Assembly (NCBI GenBank): GCA_051453625.1
Contig: JBOZIK010000001.1
Location: 2,556,622-2,581,777, forward strand
DNA from: Welwitschia mirabilis
Taxonomy: Eukaryota
Direction of reading: 5' to 3'
DNA: 25,156 bases
Below the pieces are notes generated by a model that saw only the letters and a list, made by a program, of their open reading frames with translations, did no database searches and was not told the DNA's origin. The translations under genes were made by a program, and so were the position numbers. How positions within the stretch are numbered: the stretch's first letter is position 1; every line of letters begins with the position of its first letter. Of this stretch, positions 23,180 through 25,156 are shown piece by piece.

Positions 23180-23455
23180 AGGCTATTGAGGAGTATGAGG
23201 GTCGTCATCGTTTGGGTGAGTACATCGGATTTTTATTTGGTTATTTACCTATAGTTATGTTGTATTTTTATTAGAGATAATAGGTTTTCTATTTGTGGTT
23301 TTTATTATTTTTTCAATTTTTTAGTTTTTTAATTTTTTGGTTCTCGATTTTTATTTTTTTTAATTTTTAGCTTTTTTGGTTTTTAGCTTTTTTTTTTTGG
23401 TTTTTTGTTTTTTTAGTTCTCAGTTTTAAATTTTTATTTTTTTAGAAAAATAGTG

Positions 23456-23720
23456 GTCATCATTTTTATCATCTTCATGATAGACAGGACGAGAGTGTAC
23501 AATTTTAGTTTTCTATTTTATTTTTAGTTTTATTTTTAGATTTTAAATTTTTTGATAATAAATTAGTTTTTGTCATCTCCTCTACCATCCGGATGACTAG
23601 GTGGGCGATAGTCTTATTTTTTGAGTTTTTCACATTTTATTTTAGTTTTTATTCTATTTTTGTTTTTTTGGTTTCTGTGTGTGTCATCCCTTTTATCATC
23701 TCCATGATAGACAGAATAAT
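23456..23720 (+). repeat. Three hairpin motifs in the copy B leader
   Basis: 23456-23493, 23572-23609 (catccggatg core) and 23683-23720; positionally equivalent to the copy A motifs. Confidence 0.78.
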
Positions 23721-23776
23721 GATCTATTATTTTTTATCTTGTTTTCTATTCTTTTCTATTTATACGATGTTGTAAT

Positions 23777-25156
23777 ATGATCAATCTTAAGAAGAGATGA
23801 AAGAGAGAAAGGCTATTGATAGAGAAGAACATTAAAGAAGTACTAGTAGACATAGAAAACAAATCGGAAAAGCAATTTTTAGGTTCACTCAATTCTCTTT
23901 CCAAATTTATTTTTTCTGAATCAAATTTTCTTAATGAATACGTTATAGAAGAAGAGAATCAATTCACAATGTTGAGTGCCTTTCATAAGTAAAAATAAGT
24001 CATAGAATTTTTTACCCCTAATACAAACCTTACCCTGAGGAAATTATTAACTAACAAGAAAAGAGAGATTCCAAAATCTTTTGATCTATCCTCAAGAGAT
24101 GCCATTGAGCTTAAAAGTTTAAATGCCTATCCATCTTTTAGTAGATAAGATAAAGAGCATTACCTTTAAACATAGAAAACATAGAATAGTTAATCCTTAC
24201 CTTAGAAATGGAAAATTAAAAAAAAAATGATAGAACATATATGGTAATCTTTCCCGTGATATTAAAGAGTAAAGCAAAAATTTGACTAAAAATCATACCC
24301 CCCAAAAGATTAAAAACATGCGACCAAGTCCAAGAAACCTTTGTAAAGAGATTTATGAGTGCAGAAGCCATGAGAAAGAAAAAAAAATGGTAAGAAACTT
24401 TCAACAAAAACCAAATGAATAATATGCCTCCACATATAAGCATTTATTTGTAGTCTATTATTCTAATCTAATAGATGCTTTTTCACCAATAGGACTAATA
24501 GATTATCTTTATAGTGGGATAACTCCACATACAAAACAACTTGTAGATTTTTCTTATCGAGAAAACCTCATGAACCTTACATTAGATTATGTCTAGATGA
24601 ATATAAAAGAACGTATAGAGGTAAGTCAAACTTGATCAACTCCTAAAGAAAATCCAACTGGAGGCCAACTCATCAAAGACTTAAAATAGGTTAAATAATA
24701 AAAAGAGGTAGAATTTAATCCTATAAATTCTATGAGAAATTTTACAACCACCTTGGAGAAGTATGTAGAAATGATCTTAGATGCCAAATCCACAACTGAA
24801 AGAAATGTTGTGCAAACTTGTGATTTATGTGAGGATAATTATCATGTCACCAAAAACTACACTCTTTTTCCAACATACAAAGAAAGAATACATAAAGAAG
24901 TTTGTGCTTTTAACCAAGCATCTAAAAACTTTAGAAATCAAAATCAATCACAACATAGATTAAACACTCATTACTAAAATAATTCTCAACTTTTAGAAAC
25001 CAATTTAAAAACTTCAACTCTCAACTTGAACCATTAAACTTTCAACATCCAAATGATCAAGTTATAAGCCTTATAGATAAAATTAGAAAATCAAATGCCA
25101 AATTTGAGAAACAAAATGCCAACATTAAAAACTTAGTAAACATCATTTAATAAACC
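23777..25156 (+). pseudogene. gag: Gypsy (Athila-like) gag remnant, copy B
   Basis: VIFPVILKSKAKI*LKIIPPKRLKTCDQVQETFVKRFM; YLYSGITPHTKQLVDFSY; knuckle CDLCEDNYHVTKNY at 24819-24860 (last C>Y); Q/N/P-rich tract; then QNANIKNL near the window end. Confidence 0.85.

Larger units (their letters stand above)
23075..25156 (+). mobile_element. Athila-like Ty3/gypsy element, copy B (LTR 3' end 23075-23158, PBS, leader, gag); runs off the window
   Basis: 23075-24857 is collinear with 21308-22974. A 72-nt gag sample shows 13 mismatches. Confidence 0.85.

Noticed and set aside
22870..23274. 134-aa ORF (and 22898-23107)
   Set aside because: Chimeric across the 100-N gap, joining copy A gag to copy B LTR/PBS sequence.

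Overview
AT-rich, CpG-poor, plant-type heterochromatic DNA from a gapped assembly (N-runs at 3785-3853, 14617-14658, 22975-23074). No intact host gene, RNA gene or CRISPR array is supported. The main feature is a structurally complete but heavily mutated Ty1/copia LTR retrotransposon of the SIRE/Maximus (Sirevirus) lineage at 5229-14476 (+). It has two ~1.3-kb LTRs, a perfect GAAAG target-site duplication, a tRNA-Met PBS, gag with two zinc knuckles, PR-INT-RT-RH, an extra env-like ORF and multiple PPTs. From ~20164 to the window end lie two diverged copies of the 5' part of an Athila-like Ty3/gypsy element (LTR end, tRNA-Asp-type PBS, hairpin-motif leader, gag), separated by a 100-N gap. The remainder is decayed repeat DNA with a few small tandem duplications and a possible plant-mobile-domain remnant. 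I found no convincing previously undescribed system. The best leads are the reconstructable palindromic motif arrays in both retroelements, the env-like ORF, pervasive C>T/G>A decay outside CpG context, non-canonical LTR termini and a C-rich insertion in the 5' LTR. All domain calls come from motif recognition by eye, not database searches.
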